This document shows positions 44,115-53,404 of a stretch of 64,000 nt of DNA, piece after piece. How positions within the stretch are numbered: position 1 is the stretch's first letter; each line of letters opens with the position of its first letter. Both the position numbers and the translations under genes were made by a program. The DNA is from a virus. Below the pieces are notes generated by a model. It ran no database searches. It was given only the letters and a program-made list of their open reading frames with translations, and was not told where the DNA came from. Location: the IMG/VR virus record IMGVR_UViG_3300044609_000721; one strand, given 5' to 3'.

Positions 44115-47100
44115 TCAAAAACCGTTGGTAATTGGATTTTGCGATCTAATTACCTGTGGTGATTCATAAATTATAGTTTGATTACTACCAATATTTAGTG
44201 GTATGGGAGCAACCAATACCGATGGTGAATCTTCAATAGTCTTAGTGATTTGACTAGATTGTGAAGATTGTGATAGTTGTGCTCCAGAAACATTTGGTTT
44301 ACTCGGAGAGATTTTTGGTGCTGGTGGCAGAACTGCTGGTGCTGGTGGTTTTTCAGTTTGTACTGGTTTTAATCCCAATGCAGAATTGAGTTTATCAAAT
44401 ACATCAACCAGATTCACCAATGCCTTCAATGGATCTTCTTCAACTTCCTGCGATGCTGATGGTGAACTAGTAGAATCCGTACTAGGAGTCATACTCGATG
44501 CATTCAACTTCTCAAAGTGCCATGGTTCAAACCCACCTTTAGCCCAATCAGGTAGTCCCCATCCATATGCAGAACCTTTATTATTGATCCAGTTTTGTGA
44601 TTTTGCAGCACCAATATCAAGAGCAAGTCCCCAACCATGCTTAGATGTTCCAGGTTTTGCTGCCATACCTCTAGGTTTGGTATTAAACATATAGACCTGA
44701 CCATCATAATCACGATAAGATCCAGTGATATCTGAAACTAGATCCACACCATCTTTTTTAGCAGCACCAACCATTGATTTGAATGATTGTGCTACCTCAC
44801 CCTTCCTTAATTTATGACCTCTCCCAACATCTTCTAAAGCAGAACTTGGTAGTTTCCCATTCTCATACTTACCACCAGTTGCAAATTTAACCATTCCACC
44901 AATTGCTTCACCTTTCAATCTAGAAAGTTCACTTTTATCCTTTGGTGGTTTAGTTCCCTGCACAATCTGATTTACATTCCTACCTACTCCAGGAGGAGGT
45001 ACAGTACCCCCCTGTGCTTTTTTCACATTACTCTGCTTAACCTTAGATAGAGCATCTCTAATCGTACTAGGCTTCATGCTGCTGCTCTGACCCTTATACT
45101 TAAATCTACCATAAGCATCAGGCAAGGAAGCAAACTCATATGCCAACCCATCCATGAATGCTTCATCACTCATCTGACCACTTAACCACCTTGATCCTCC
45201 ACGGTTCTGCTCAATATTAACCTTAGATACAATTAGATCTTGATTTGCTGGACTGTACATATCTTTATCTGGATTCAATCCTGCTGCTTTTGCTCTACTT
45301 ACGAGGTACTCAGGAAGTTGTTGGTACTTACCTACAGCACCAGTTGCTCTTCTAGCAACCTCAGCGATAGTCATCTTTGTAGCACCATTGAGAGTGGTAC
45401 TTGGATACATCGCCTCATAATTACCCCCAGATTCCTTTCCAGCAATAAGATCAAGAAGGGCAGCCCAATCACCAGTAGCACCTCCAGAAACTCCTCCAGA
45501 AGGAGCGCCACCTGCTGAAGCACCTCCTCCACCACCTGCAGAAAAATCTTTAGTCGTAAGCAGCGCAAAAACACCCAAGACGTTTGCAAGAGCACCTCTT
45601 AGATTGTCCATAGTATTATTTGTTTTACCAACATTAAACGTTGGGTTTCTCTCACCAATATACTTGAGTTCTACGTCTTCAGACTCTTTAAGTTTATTCT
45701 GTAAGTTAGTCTTCGACTTAACTACGGACTTACTCAAACTATCTCCACCAGCGGCAGCAGAAACATTTCCCAACCCGAAAAGTTGCTTTGCTTTATTAAT
45801 ATCTCCCGATAGTAATTGCTTTGCAATTTCACCAGAAGAACCCATTCTCTCAAATGATGAGTTAACTGATGAAACAAGTGTTGCAGCAATATTACCAGAC
45901 ATTGCTGTTGATAATTTTGCAAGAGGAATAACTGCCTCTGGTCCTTTCTCACCAATCAATGCCTGAGTTGGTTTTGTTACTAATCCACCTTCAGCGAGTG
46001 CTGGTGGAGCGATCCAATCATAAAGTTTAGATGACAACCAATCTCCAATGATACCACCAACAATACCACCCGCTGCTGTACCTGCAACAGGTAGGATTGC
46101 GGATCCAACTGCAGCACCAATACCTGCACCAATACCAGATCCAATAGCAATTACAGCAGATCTAGCAATAGGTTCCTTGAAGATTAAAGTCCTAACAGCG
46201 AAGTCAATCAGAGGACCGATAATAGGAATTCTTCTGAAAATCTTTCCTACTGCTTTACCCAAAAACTTCCCACTGGATCTAGAGGCCGCTTTACCTGCAG
46301 CACCACCTGCTGATGGTTTACCCGATGTTGGTTTTGTTTTACCTGATGTTGGTTTTGTTTTACCTGATGTATCTACATCCGCACCGCCATCGGATTTAAG
46401 TAAGTCTAGGGTATTAAGAACATCTCCCAATAAGGAAAATGGATTTAGCAGATACCCTAGAGCCTTAAACCCAGCAATACCAATCAGAATCTGCCCAAGA
46501 CCACCGAGAACTTGCTTGAATCTATCGAACCCCTGCTTGTCCCCAGTTCCAAATACAGATGATACCCCAGTGAGGAAATTATCTATTGACTTATATGCAA
46601 CATTATAGATGAATCCGAAGATCTTTGCTGCACTATTAACAAAACTCTGAATGTTCTTACCATTCTTAGGATCAGCAATCCACTTCAATATCCCTTGAGT
46701 TATAAGTGCTCTAGCAGCAAATGTAACAATGGATTCAAATGGTTTGAAGAATTCTTCCAACCATCCTAAATTTTTTGATACTTCTTTCTTCCCTTCCTTT
46801 TCAACATTCGTAGATACGCTTGATTTTTTACCAAGACTTTCCTGCTTATCTTCCGATTGTTGATCTTTTCTATATTGCTCTTTTCTCTTGGCAAATTGAC
46901 CACTGCTCACCAGATACTGATTATCAGTCTGAATGATAGTGAGTATTTGCTTTTGTACTTTACCTAAAGATTCTACTGAAGCCCCAATTCTATTCACAGA
47001 TAAAAGAACACTACGGGCAGACTTAATACTGGACATAGATCCTCCAGTAATCTGCTTTCCACCCGCAATGATTGCAGCACCCTGACGAGATCCAGAAGTA

Positions 47101-47150
47101 ATCAAACTAGGATTTACAAACTTATATGGTTTGATAGTACTTGAAAACAT
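44115..47150 (-). CDS. tape-measure-like tail protein with lysozyme-like and M15 (VanY-type) peptidase domains
   Basis: EGGLVTKPT..IGEKGPEAVIPL; IAGKESGGNY...AVGKYQ; SYRDY...PGTSKHGWGLALDI...EPWHF. Confidence 0.8.
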   Translation of the reverse strand: MFSSTIKPYKFVNPSLITSGSRQGAAIIAGGKQITGGSMSSIKSARSVLLSVNRIGASVESLGKVQKQILTIIQTDNQYLVSSGQFAKRKEQYRKDQQSEDKQESLGKKSSVSTNVEKEGKKEVSKNLGWLEEFFKPFESIVTFAARALITQGILKWIADPKNGKNIQSFVNSAAKIFGFIYNVAYKSIDNFLTGVSSVFGTGDKQGFDRFKQVLGGLGQILIGIAGFKALGYLLNPFSLLGDVLNTLDLLKSDGGADVDTSGKTKPTSGKTKPTSGKPSAGGAAGKAASRSSGKFLGKAVGKIFRRIPIIGPLIDFAVRTLIFKEPIARSAVIAIGSGIGAGIGAAVGSAILPVAGTAAGGIVGGIIGDWLSSKLYDWIAPPALAEGGLVTKPTQALIGEKGPEAVIPLAKLSTAMSGNIAATLVSSVNSSFERMGSSGEIAKQLLSGDINKAKQLFGLGNVSAAAGGDSLSKSVVKSKTNLQNKLKESEDVELKYIGERNPTFNVGKTNNTMDNLRGALANVLGVFALLTTKDFSAGGGGGASAGGAPSGGVSGGATGDWAALLDLIAGKESGGNYEAMYPSTTLNGATKMTIAEVARRATGAVGKYQQLPEYLVSRAKAAGLNPDKDMYSPANQDLIVSKVNIEQNRGGSRWLSGQMSDEAFMDGLAYEFASLPDAYGRFKYKGQSSSMKPSTIRDALSKVKQSNVKKAQGGTVPPPGVGRNVNQIVQGTKPPKDKSELSRLKGEAIGGMVKFATGGKYENGKLPSSALEDVGRGHKLRKGEVAQSFKSMVGAAKKDGVDLVSDITGSYRDYDGQVYMFNTKPRGMAAKPGTSKHGWGLALDIGAAKSQNWINNKGSAYGWGLPDWAKGGFEPWHFEKLNASSMTPSTDSTSSPSASQEVEEDPLKALVNLVDVFDKLNSALGLKPVQTEKPPAPAVLPPAPKISPSKPNVSGAQLSQSSQSSQITKTIEDSPSVLVAPIPLNIGSNQTIIYESPQVIRSQNPITNGF
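46324..46370. repeat. 21-bp tandem repeat (about 2.2 copies) encoding TSGKTKP
   Basis: gatgttggttttgttttacct x2 plus gatgt. Confidence 0.9.
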
Positions 47151-47364
47151 TATAGACTCGACCTACCTTGTGATTGCTGTTGTTGTTTCTTATATTTCTC
47201 CTCTTCTTCCTTAAGATGACTGAGAAGTTTATCAACATAAAATTGTTTCTCCCAAGGTACCATGTTCTCTAGATCCGAGTAAGACCACTTATGATAGTGA
47301 ATTAATGCAAAATTAGTTTCCAAGTGGTTCTCTAAACTAGAGTGTAATAGGGCTATTCGAAAAA
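47150..47364 (-). CDS. gp51: gp51-like baseplate hub assembly ORF (not in the track); no ATG at its 5' end, probably reached by -1 frameshift
   Basis: ...IALLHSSLENHLETNFALIHYHKWSYSDLENMVPWEKQFYVDKLL...; TAA overlaps the next ATG; only fallback 5' start is TTG 47323. Confidence 0.7.
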
Positions 47365-48066
47365 ACTTCCAAGTCCTTCCAGTTTGACAGTGCTTGTAAC
47401 ACCTGTTTTGGGATTCTCAACTTCAATTTCATGCTCTAATTTTGGCATAGTAGCAAAGAAATCCTGCAACTTCTGGAACTGATCGCTCTTCATACTTTCC
47501 AAGAACTCCATTAGTTCTTTCTTAGTATAAGTCTTGGCATCAGAAACATCATCACCTTCATAGATCTGACTCATACAAGTAATAGAAAGATCGAAAATAT
47601 TATCAACTGTGATTTCATCTCCACTAAAATTCAATTTCACAAAAGTATCAAGTGAAGGATACTTCATGATAATTCCAATGTTATCAGTGAGTTCAATCTT
47701 ATTGCTATGCTTTTCTGGGAACTTTACATGAACAGATTCAAGATCAATTTCTACCTGCACTTGAGTTTCTTCATCATCTGGGCATGTGACCATGACTTTA
47801 GAAACTTCACCAATAGACTTAGAACGAATTCTAAGGAATACATATTCAATATCGAATGTGGATAGTTCTTCAACTCTAGATTTTAGATTGGTACAATTTT
47901 TGATAATGGTTTTAACTGCACTAATCATATCCTTCTCTTCACCCAATTGCATAGCAGTTAGAAGAAGTTTTTCTTCCTTCACAAGGAATGGACGATACTT
48001 AACAATTTCTTTTGACGATGGCAATTCCAATTCATATTCAGGAACCACTAATTTAGGTAAAGGCAT
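47353..48066 (-). CDS. gp26: baseplate hub assembly protein
   Basis: MPLPKL..P.YEL.LPS...YRPFLVKEEKLLL...FDIEYVFLRIRSKSIGE. Confidence 0.9.
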   Translation of the reverse strand: MPLPKLVVPEYELELPSSKEIVKYRPFLVKEEKLLLTAMQLGEEKDMISAVKTIIKNCTNLKSRVEELSTFDIEYVFLRIRSKSIGEVSKVMVTCPDDEETQVQVEIDLESVHVKFPEKHSNKIELTDNIGIIMKYPSLDTFVKLNFSGDEITVDNIFDLSITCMSQIYEGDDVSDAKTYTKKELMEFLESMKSDQFQKLQDFFATMPKLEHEIEVENPKTGVTSTVKLEGLGSFFE

Positions 48067-48110
48067 AATTACTCCTTAATATAGTTATCAGTAAAATTAT
48101 TTAGTGCAGT

Positions 48111-48956
48111 TTAAATAGTGAGATTTCTTCCACTAGTATCTGTAAGAATTGTTTGTGTAAGTCCCTGTGGTCCTGGTCCTGCAGCAGTACTTGCTTGTTG
48201 AGCAGCAGCAGATGCAGCAACTCCTCTAGTTCCTAAAGATACTGCAACTTCTTCAATACCATCATTAGATGGTACATAGAATCTATACCTCTCAAAATAA
48301 AATGACACTTCCATCGTTGCATAATTTGCAGGTCCAGATTGGAGTTGCATATTGCTGATATTGAATGGAAAAGCATTCTTCATTGTCCACACACCTACAC
48401 ATTTATTCCACTTAGTTGTAGTGAAATTTCTTTGTGATGGATTTACCAATGACATTTCAGCATTTTGATCGTATGGATTTGATCCACCTCTTTCATACTT
48501 AAAGATGTCAATGTATGATGTGCAGATGTCATCATACCAAGATACTCTCTGACTTGCATCATTTGCAGAGTAATTCATCCACCTCTCAAAGAAGGTTCTT
48601 GTTTTATATGTACGTGGAATAATAAATTGAATACTAATTTCACTAAAAGTTGTAGAGGTTGGATATCTCCACATAGTACCGACACTTTTTATCTCACCAG
48701 TTGTCAGTTGCCTGCTGGGAACTGTAACATCTGTGGCATAGTAGGTAAGTAATCTAGACTTATCAGTTCCAGGTCCAGAAGTATTTCCATCGTTGAAAAA
48801 ATCATTAAACCAACTACTACTATTCATCACCTTAGGTTTAGTCCTAAAACGAACCCAATATAAGTTGTTGTACGATGGTGCTTCCCTTCTAGCAAGGCTT
48901 AAGAAACCTTGAAAACTGTTTGCACCAGATAAACCTGTAACAGCTACATCTGCCAT
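48111..48956 (-). CDS. tail tube initiator / gp19-family tube-like protein (gp54-like)
   Basis: TDVTVPSR, RTFFERW, AFPFNIS.MQL, V.FYFERY; position next to gp4. Confidence 0.65.
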   Translation of the reverse strand: MADVAVTGLSGANSFQGFLSLARREAPSYNNLYWVRFRTKPKVMNSSSWFNDFFNDGNTSGPGTDKSRLLTYYATDVTVPSRQLTTGEIKSVGTMWRYPTSTTFSEISIQFIIPRTYKTRTFFERWMNYSANDASQRVSWYDDICTSYIDIFKYERGGSNPYDQNAEMSLVNPSQRNFTTTKWNKCVGVWTMKNAFPFNISNMQLQSGPANYATMEVSFYFERYRFYVPSNDGIEEVAVSLGTRGVAASAAAQQASTAAGPGPQGLTQTILTDTSGRNLTI

Positions 48957-48964
48957 TGTGTCCC

Positions 48965-48998
48965 TATAAATAGTTTTATGCTTTTATTATTATTTATG
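48965..48998. promoter_or_regulatory. divergent T4-type late promoters
   Basis: TATAAATA on + (48965-48972); CATAAATA on - (48998-48991). Confidence 0.65.
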
Positions 48999-49445
48999 CC
49001 GTATAACAAGAACATCCTAAAGGGTGTGTATACGCCAAAAAATCCATCAAAATATAAAGGAGATCCGAATAATATAATTTTTCGTTCTTCGTGGGAACTT
49101 AAGTTTATGAAATATTGTGACCATAACAATGTCGTTTTGGAATGGGGCAGTGAAGAATTATTCATTCCATACATATCACCTGTTGATAATAAGACTCATA
49201 GATACTTCCCAGATTTTTACATCAAAGTTAAAGATCGTTCAGGAAAGATTAGTAAATATCTAGTTGAAGTGAAACCACAATATCAGGTGAATGGTCCAGT
49301 CCCACAAAAAAGAATGACAAAGAAATATTTGAATGAAGTGATGACCTACGCAGTCAACCAAGCAAAATGGAAAGCTGCAGAAGAATTTTGTAATGATCAC
49401 ATGTGGAAATTCATTATACTAACGGAAAACGAATTAAAGGTCTAA
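48996..49445 (+). CDS. gp4: head completion nuclease
   Basis: PKNPSKYKGD...RSSWE..FMKYCD...WGSEE..IPY..HRYFPDF...EVKP; probable start 48996. Confidence 0.9.
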   Translation: MPYNKNILKGVYTPKNPSKYKGDPNNIIFRSSWELKFMKYCDHNNVVLEWGSEELFIPYISPVDNKTHRYFPDFYIKVKDRSGKISKYLVEVKPQYQVNGPVPQKRMTKKYLNEVMTYAVNQAKWKAAEEFCNDHMWKFIILTENELKV

Positions 49446-49449
49446 CTAA

Positions 49450-50493
49450 ATGGCAACAACGTACAAAACTTATCACTACCCATCAACACCTCCAGTAATT
49501 GGAGAGACTGATGCTGGTTTAATGGCGTTAGGTACTGAATGGAGTCAGGGATCTGCGATGCCAACAGAGTATATTGACTTCCTAAAAATTCAAGCAATCC
49601 AAGTTAATTATGATAAGGGTGCAGTTCTAAGTAACTTGGGTGCAGTAAATGCTACTGGTATAGAAGACAAAATTAAACCTTTAGATACTGTATACCTCTA
49701 CATGCCTCAACAACTGGCAGCAAGTTATGGTGTTTCATACAATCCAGTTGCAATGGGTGTTGCTGGAGTCGCCGCAACTAAAGGATTAGGTACTTCAGGA
49801 ACACAAATCGTATCAGAAATTCAAGCAGCAGCTTCAGATGCAGCACCAGAAGCACTATTCAATACAATCTCAACTGGTTTAAGTGGTCTGTCTAAGACAG
49901 TTGGAGTAGCGTACCAAGGAAATGGTAGTGCATTATCTGCCGTTTCACAAGGGAAAATATTCAACCCATTCGAAGAACTCATTTTCCAAGGAGTAGGTTT
50001 TAGAAGTCATCCATTCTCATGGAAGTTAGTTGCTAGAAACGAAAGAGAGGCAGATGATATTATCAATATCATCAAGTTCTTCAAAGTAAATATGTTACCA
50101 AATTTTGATAACAAATCTATTCAACCTGGAGAAAACCCAAGTAATACAACATCTACATCTACTACACCTTCAGGTTCAACAACAAATGCACAATCTGCTG
50201 GACAAACACCGTTTGGAACTGGAACTGGTGCTAGGTATTTAACCGTACCAAATAGATTTAAAATATCAATAGTAAGAGTAAATTATAATGCTGGTGGATA
50301 TACATCTGGAAATGAATTGGGCAATAGCATTTATAGATTCAAAGATTCTCTATTAGAGTCTATGAATGTTAGTTATACACCAGACAATCAATACGTATCT
50401 ACGGCTCAGGGAAAGGTACCTGCAGTTCAACTGGATCTAGTATTCAAAGAAACTGCTTACGTTACCGCAGAAGACGCAAACCAGGGTTACTAA
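49450..50493 (+). CDS. gp48: baseplate tail tube cap
   Basis: VYLYMP, NPFEELIFQGVGFRSHPFSWKL, V.YTPD, LDL.FKE. Confidence 0.8.
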   Translation: MATTYKTYHYPSTPPVIGETDAGLMALGTEWSQGSAMPTEYIDFLKIQAIQVNYDKGAVLSNLGAVNATGIEDKIKPLDTVYLYMPQQLAASYGVSYNPVAMGVAGVAATKGLGTSGTQIVSEIQAAASDAAPEALFNTISTGLSGLSKTVGVAYQGNGSALSAVSQGKIFNPFEELIFQGVGFRSHPFSWKLVARNEREADDIINIIKFFKVNMLPNFDNKSIQPGENPSNTTSTSTTPSGSTTNAQSAGQTPFGTGTGARYLTVPNRFKISIVRVNYNAGGYTSGNELGNSIYRFKDSLLESMNVSYTPDNQYVSTAQGKVPAVQLDLVFKETAYVTAEDANQGY

Positions 50494-50495
50494 AA

Positions 50496-51161
50496 ATGGC
50501 AAACTATTTTCAAAACGTACCAAATATTCGTGTTGGTGTTCCAGGAATGGACACCTCACAACAAGAATATGTTGTCATAAAAAATATTTTCAGAAGAGTT
50601 AAAGGCGTCTTCATGGCAATGAAGAGAGATAGTATCTTCGAGAAGTATACTATTCCTGGTGATGAAAAACCATATCAAATATCACAAAGAATATACAATA
50701 CTCCAAACTATGAGTGGATCATTCTACTGACTAATGATATAACAAATATCTATACTCAGTGGCCATTGTCACAAAGAGAATTTGAAGAGATGATGCATAG
50801 GAAATATGGTACAAAAAGTAATGAGACTAAGCATTGGGTCACAAAAGAAGTGTTATTTAATAACATGGTGATTGTACAATCTGGTATCTTAGTGAATCAA
50901 AATTACACTTACAAAAGACCAGATGGTGTAATGATTGGTGGAGATAGTTTAGTTAGACCCATATCACATTATGAATACGAGTACGAACTGAACGAAAGTA
51001 AAAGACAGGTGTATCTACTAAATCCAGTATACATAGATGAATTTGATAGACAGATGAGAGAACTGCTTCAGTATCCAGAAAGTGATGATAGAGTTTCATA
51101 TACACAAAAACGTTCTGGTGACGACGAAGAAATATATACCGTAAGAATTTTCGACACATAA
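50496..51161 (+). CDS. gp53: baseplate wedge subunit
   Basis: YF..VPNI, KNIFRRVK, YTI..DEKP..IS..IY....YEWIILLTNDI. Confidence 0.85.
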   Translation: MANYFQNVPNIRVGVPGMDTSQQEYVVIKNIFRRVKGVFMAMKRDSIFEKYTIPGDEKPYQISQRIYNTPNYEWIILLTNDITNIYTQWPLSQREFEEMMHRKYGTKSNETKHWVTKEVLFNNMVIVQSGILVNQNYTYKRPDGVMIGGDSLVRPISHYEYEYELNESKRQVYLLNPVYIDEFDRQMRELLQYPESDDRVSYTQKRSGDDEEIYTVRIFDT

Positions 51162-51188
51162 AAAAAGGGGGGTATCAAACCCCCCTTT
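51160..51188. terminator. bidirectional terminator between gp53 and gp32
   Basis: AAAGGGGGG-TATCAAA-CCCCCCTTT with A/T tracts on both sides. Confidence 0.85.
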
Positions 51189-51194
51189 ACTTTA

Positions 51195-52136
51195 TCAATC
51201 TTCTTCTGCCAGTCGTGCAAAGTAGGAAAGATCATCATCCTCATCTGCATTGAAATTAGGAAGAGACGGTGCTGCTTGCCCAACCGAAGAACGGAAGTTG
51301 CTAATTTCTTCACCCCAATTAGAAGGAGAAGAAGGTGCAGTCACGATTTCATTCTCTTCAGTTTCACTATCAACATAACGAGAAGCCTGACGCTTAGGAG
51401 CACCAAGAACAGAATTCAAACGTGCCTCAAGTTCCTCATAGGTTTTGAAGTTCTTGGGATCAGTGAATTCGGTAAGGGCGTATTCCTTCTTCCAGATAGA
51501 TTCCAGTTGATCATCACTCAGTTCCTCAAGGGTTCCAGGACGAGAGAACTCGGACTTATCGTAGTTCCAGTAACCATCCACCTTACGAATCTTCAGTTTG
51601 AAGTTTGCACCTTCCCAGAAGTCAAAAGGATTGATAGGAGTTTCATCCTTGAACTCAGGTTGCATTGCTGCCATGATCTTATCGAAGATCTTCTTACCAA
51701 ACTTATAAAGGAAGACTCGCCCTTCATTCTCAGGATGAGCAGGATCTTCTACCACATAGATGTTAGCGTAGTAAGAGAGTTTACGCTTCTGCTTACGAGC
51801 AATTTCCTTATCAGCATCACTACCACTATTCCACAGTTGACGATTCATTTCACCAACAGGATCTTTCTTGTTGAGAGTCGTCAGACTGTTCTCAATATAC
51901 CATCCACCAGGACCTTGGAACGCATGACTCCAAATCTTTGCCCAAGGAATATCTTCACCCTCAGGTGCAGGAAGGAATCGAATTACAGCATAACCATTAC
52001 CCGACTTATCCATCTCGGGTTTCCAGAGGCGTTCGTCAGCACCACTGCTGCTCTCTGGATTAGAAATCTTCTCGACTTCCTTAGTCAGTTTCTCGAAAAC
52101 AGAACCCGACTGCTTTTTAAGTGCTGCAAAAGACAT
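51195..52136 (-). CDS. gp32: single-stranded DNA binding protein
   Basis: MSFAALKK, DERLWKP, GNGYAVIRFLP, YIENSLTTL, FKLKIRKV, acidic tail; start 52136. Confidence 0.95.
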   Translation of the reverse strand: MSFAALKKQSGSVFEKLTKEVEKISNPESSSGADERLWKPEMDKSGNGYAVIRFLPAPEGEDIPWAKIWSHAFQGPGGWYIENSLTTLNKKDPVGEMNRQLWNSGSDADKEIARKQKRKLSYYANIYVVEDPAHPENEGRVFLYKFGKKIFDKIMAAMQPEFKDETPINPFDFWEGANFKLKIRKVDGYWNYDKSEFSRPGTLEELSDDQLESIWKKEYALTEFTDPKNFKTYEELEARLNSVLGAPKRQASRYVDSETEENEIVTAPSSPSNWGEEISNFRSSVGQAAPSLPNFNADEDDDLSYFARLAEED

Positions 52137-52200
52137 GTATTTCTCCGTATTAGTTGTATTTGTTGGATTGTGGGGCGGACCCCCCTCACCCGACCATGAT

Positions 52201-52229
52201 ATCATACCCTATTTAGGAACGCTTGTCAA
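52201..52229 (-). promoter_or_regulatory. sigma70-type promoter for gp32
   Basis: TTGACA-17-TATGAT. Confidence 0.85.
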
Positions 52230-52545
52230 GGTCCGCGACGACCTTATCCAAATATTTTTCAGTTGAGATCAAAGATTCCATAAGATTTGAATAACCAAAC
52301 ATATTTGAAATCAAATCAATTCGATGCTTCATATCAGAAGCTTCTTCATCAGTACCTGAGGATAGTTGCAATCTAGTGTAGAATATTTTTTGTTTTTCTA
52401 TTAGTTGCTTTGTTTTATTGATATGCTTTATCGCATCCTCCTTTGGCATTGAAGTAAGTTCATCAGATTTATCATACAATTCCATGTATGTATCATATAT
52501 TGATTGCAAATGGTCTTGGACCATTTCCGAATTAAAAAAGTTCAT
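52213..52545 (-). CDS. DUF1825-like protein
   Basis: FFNSEMVQ...KQKIFYTRLQLS. Confidence 0.7.
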   Translation of the reverse strand: MNFFNSEMVQDHLQSIYDTYMELYDKSDELTSMPKEDAIKHINKTKQLIEKQKIFYTRLQLSSGTDEEASDMKHRIDLISNMFGYSNLMESLISTEKYLDKVVADLDKRS

Positions 52546-53153
52546 ACTTTTTCTTTTACTGTTTTTAAAATGATTGACTTATACTTCTTACAATCAATCG
52601 TTAGAAATGGAGCATATTTAATTACTTGTATTTTCACTTGTTGCCAAACAGGATCTGTTAAGGTTTCATCCAATCTTTTAACATATCCTAAACAGGTCTC
52701 AAAAATAACTAAAGTCTCTAAGCTAATTTCTTTTCTCAAATAAGAAGTAAGAATGTTGGGATGTCGTCCCTTTGAACAAACAAATAATTTATCAAAGTTT
52801 TCCTCGTAGGGAAAGTCAATATTGTCCAATAGAAGACTGACTTCTTCCCTAAAATTATATAGGAAACTCTCTTGTTTCTTTTTCCAATTGGAGTATATAG
52901 TTTCTCCACTCGGACGAATAATATCCTTGATGTATCCCCTATTGTCACTTATAAAGTTTGATACGAAATACTCCTGTATTCTATCACGGTCGTACTTAGA
53001 TGCCAACTTCTTAAAAAAATAGGAGTCATTCCTTTTGTTGAATGACTCCTCACTTGCTCTAGTTTTTCCGTTGAACCTGAAGTAGTCGTAGTCATCTTTA
53101 GTGAAGTGAAGTTTAAGAGAAAGATACATCTGATAAACTTCAAATCCAGTCAT
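52542..53153 (-). CDS. gp59: helicase loader
   Basis: YLSLKLHFTKDDYDYFRFNGK...RND.YFF.KLA. Confidence 0.9.
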   Translation of the reverse strand: MTGFEVYQMYLSLKLHFTKDDYDYFRFNGKTRASEESFNKRNDSYFFKKLASKYDRDRIQEYFVSNFISDNRGYIKDIIRPSGETIYSNWKKKQESFLYNFREEVSLLLDNIDFPYEENFDKLFVCSKGRHPNILTSYLRKEISLETLVIFETCLGYVKRLDETLTDPVWQQVKIQVIKYAPFLTIDCKKYKSIILKTVKEKV

Positions 53154-53404
53154 AGCGGTAAGATTCCCCTCGACGTTTTCTTCATGTAGTTAAGGCTCTG
53201 TGCCTGATACTTAAGTTTTTCTTTTAGTGGTTTGGAGACTAATTTAGATACTGTCTCCAGTTCAATTTCATTCTCCTCACAATAAGTAACGATTGCCTCA
53301 ATATAGTTTACTAAACCACCAGATTCTTTGACAATACGTTCAATGTCTTCTGTGAATTTGGTTGCAGTTAGAAACTTATCTTCTGTGGAATCGTTATTTT
53401 GCAT
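53150..53404 (-). CDS. gp33: late transcription coactivator
   Basis: KFTEDIE...YIEAIVTYCEENEIE...SKPLKEKL..QA..LNY; probable start 53404. Confidence 0.9.
   Translation of the reverse strand: MQNNDSTEDKFLTATKFTEDIERIVKESGGLVNYIEAIVTYCEENEIELETVSKLVSKPLKEKLKYQAQSLNYMKKTSRGILPL

Noticed and set aside
46324-46370. 21-bp tandem repeat as a CRISPR or phase-variation site
   Set aside because: In-frame, about 2.2 copies, no spacers; encodes a low-complexity linker
196-48079. Many plus-strand ORFs in the track overlapping minus-strand genes
   Set aside because: They lie opposite coupled, motif-bearing genes and read as codon-bias shadows
51276-52199. 307 aa plus-strand ORF
   Set aside because: Antisense shadow of gp32; no SD and no recognisable motifs
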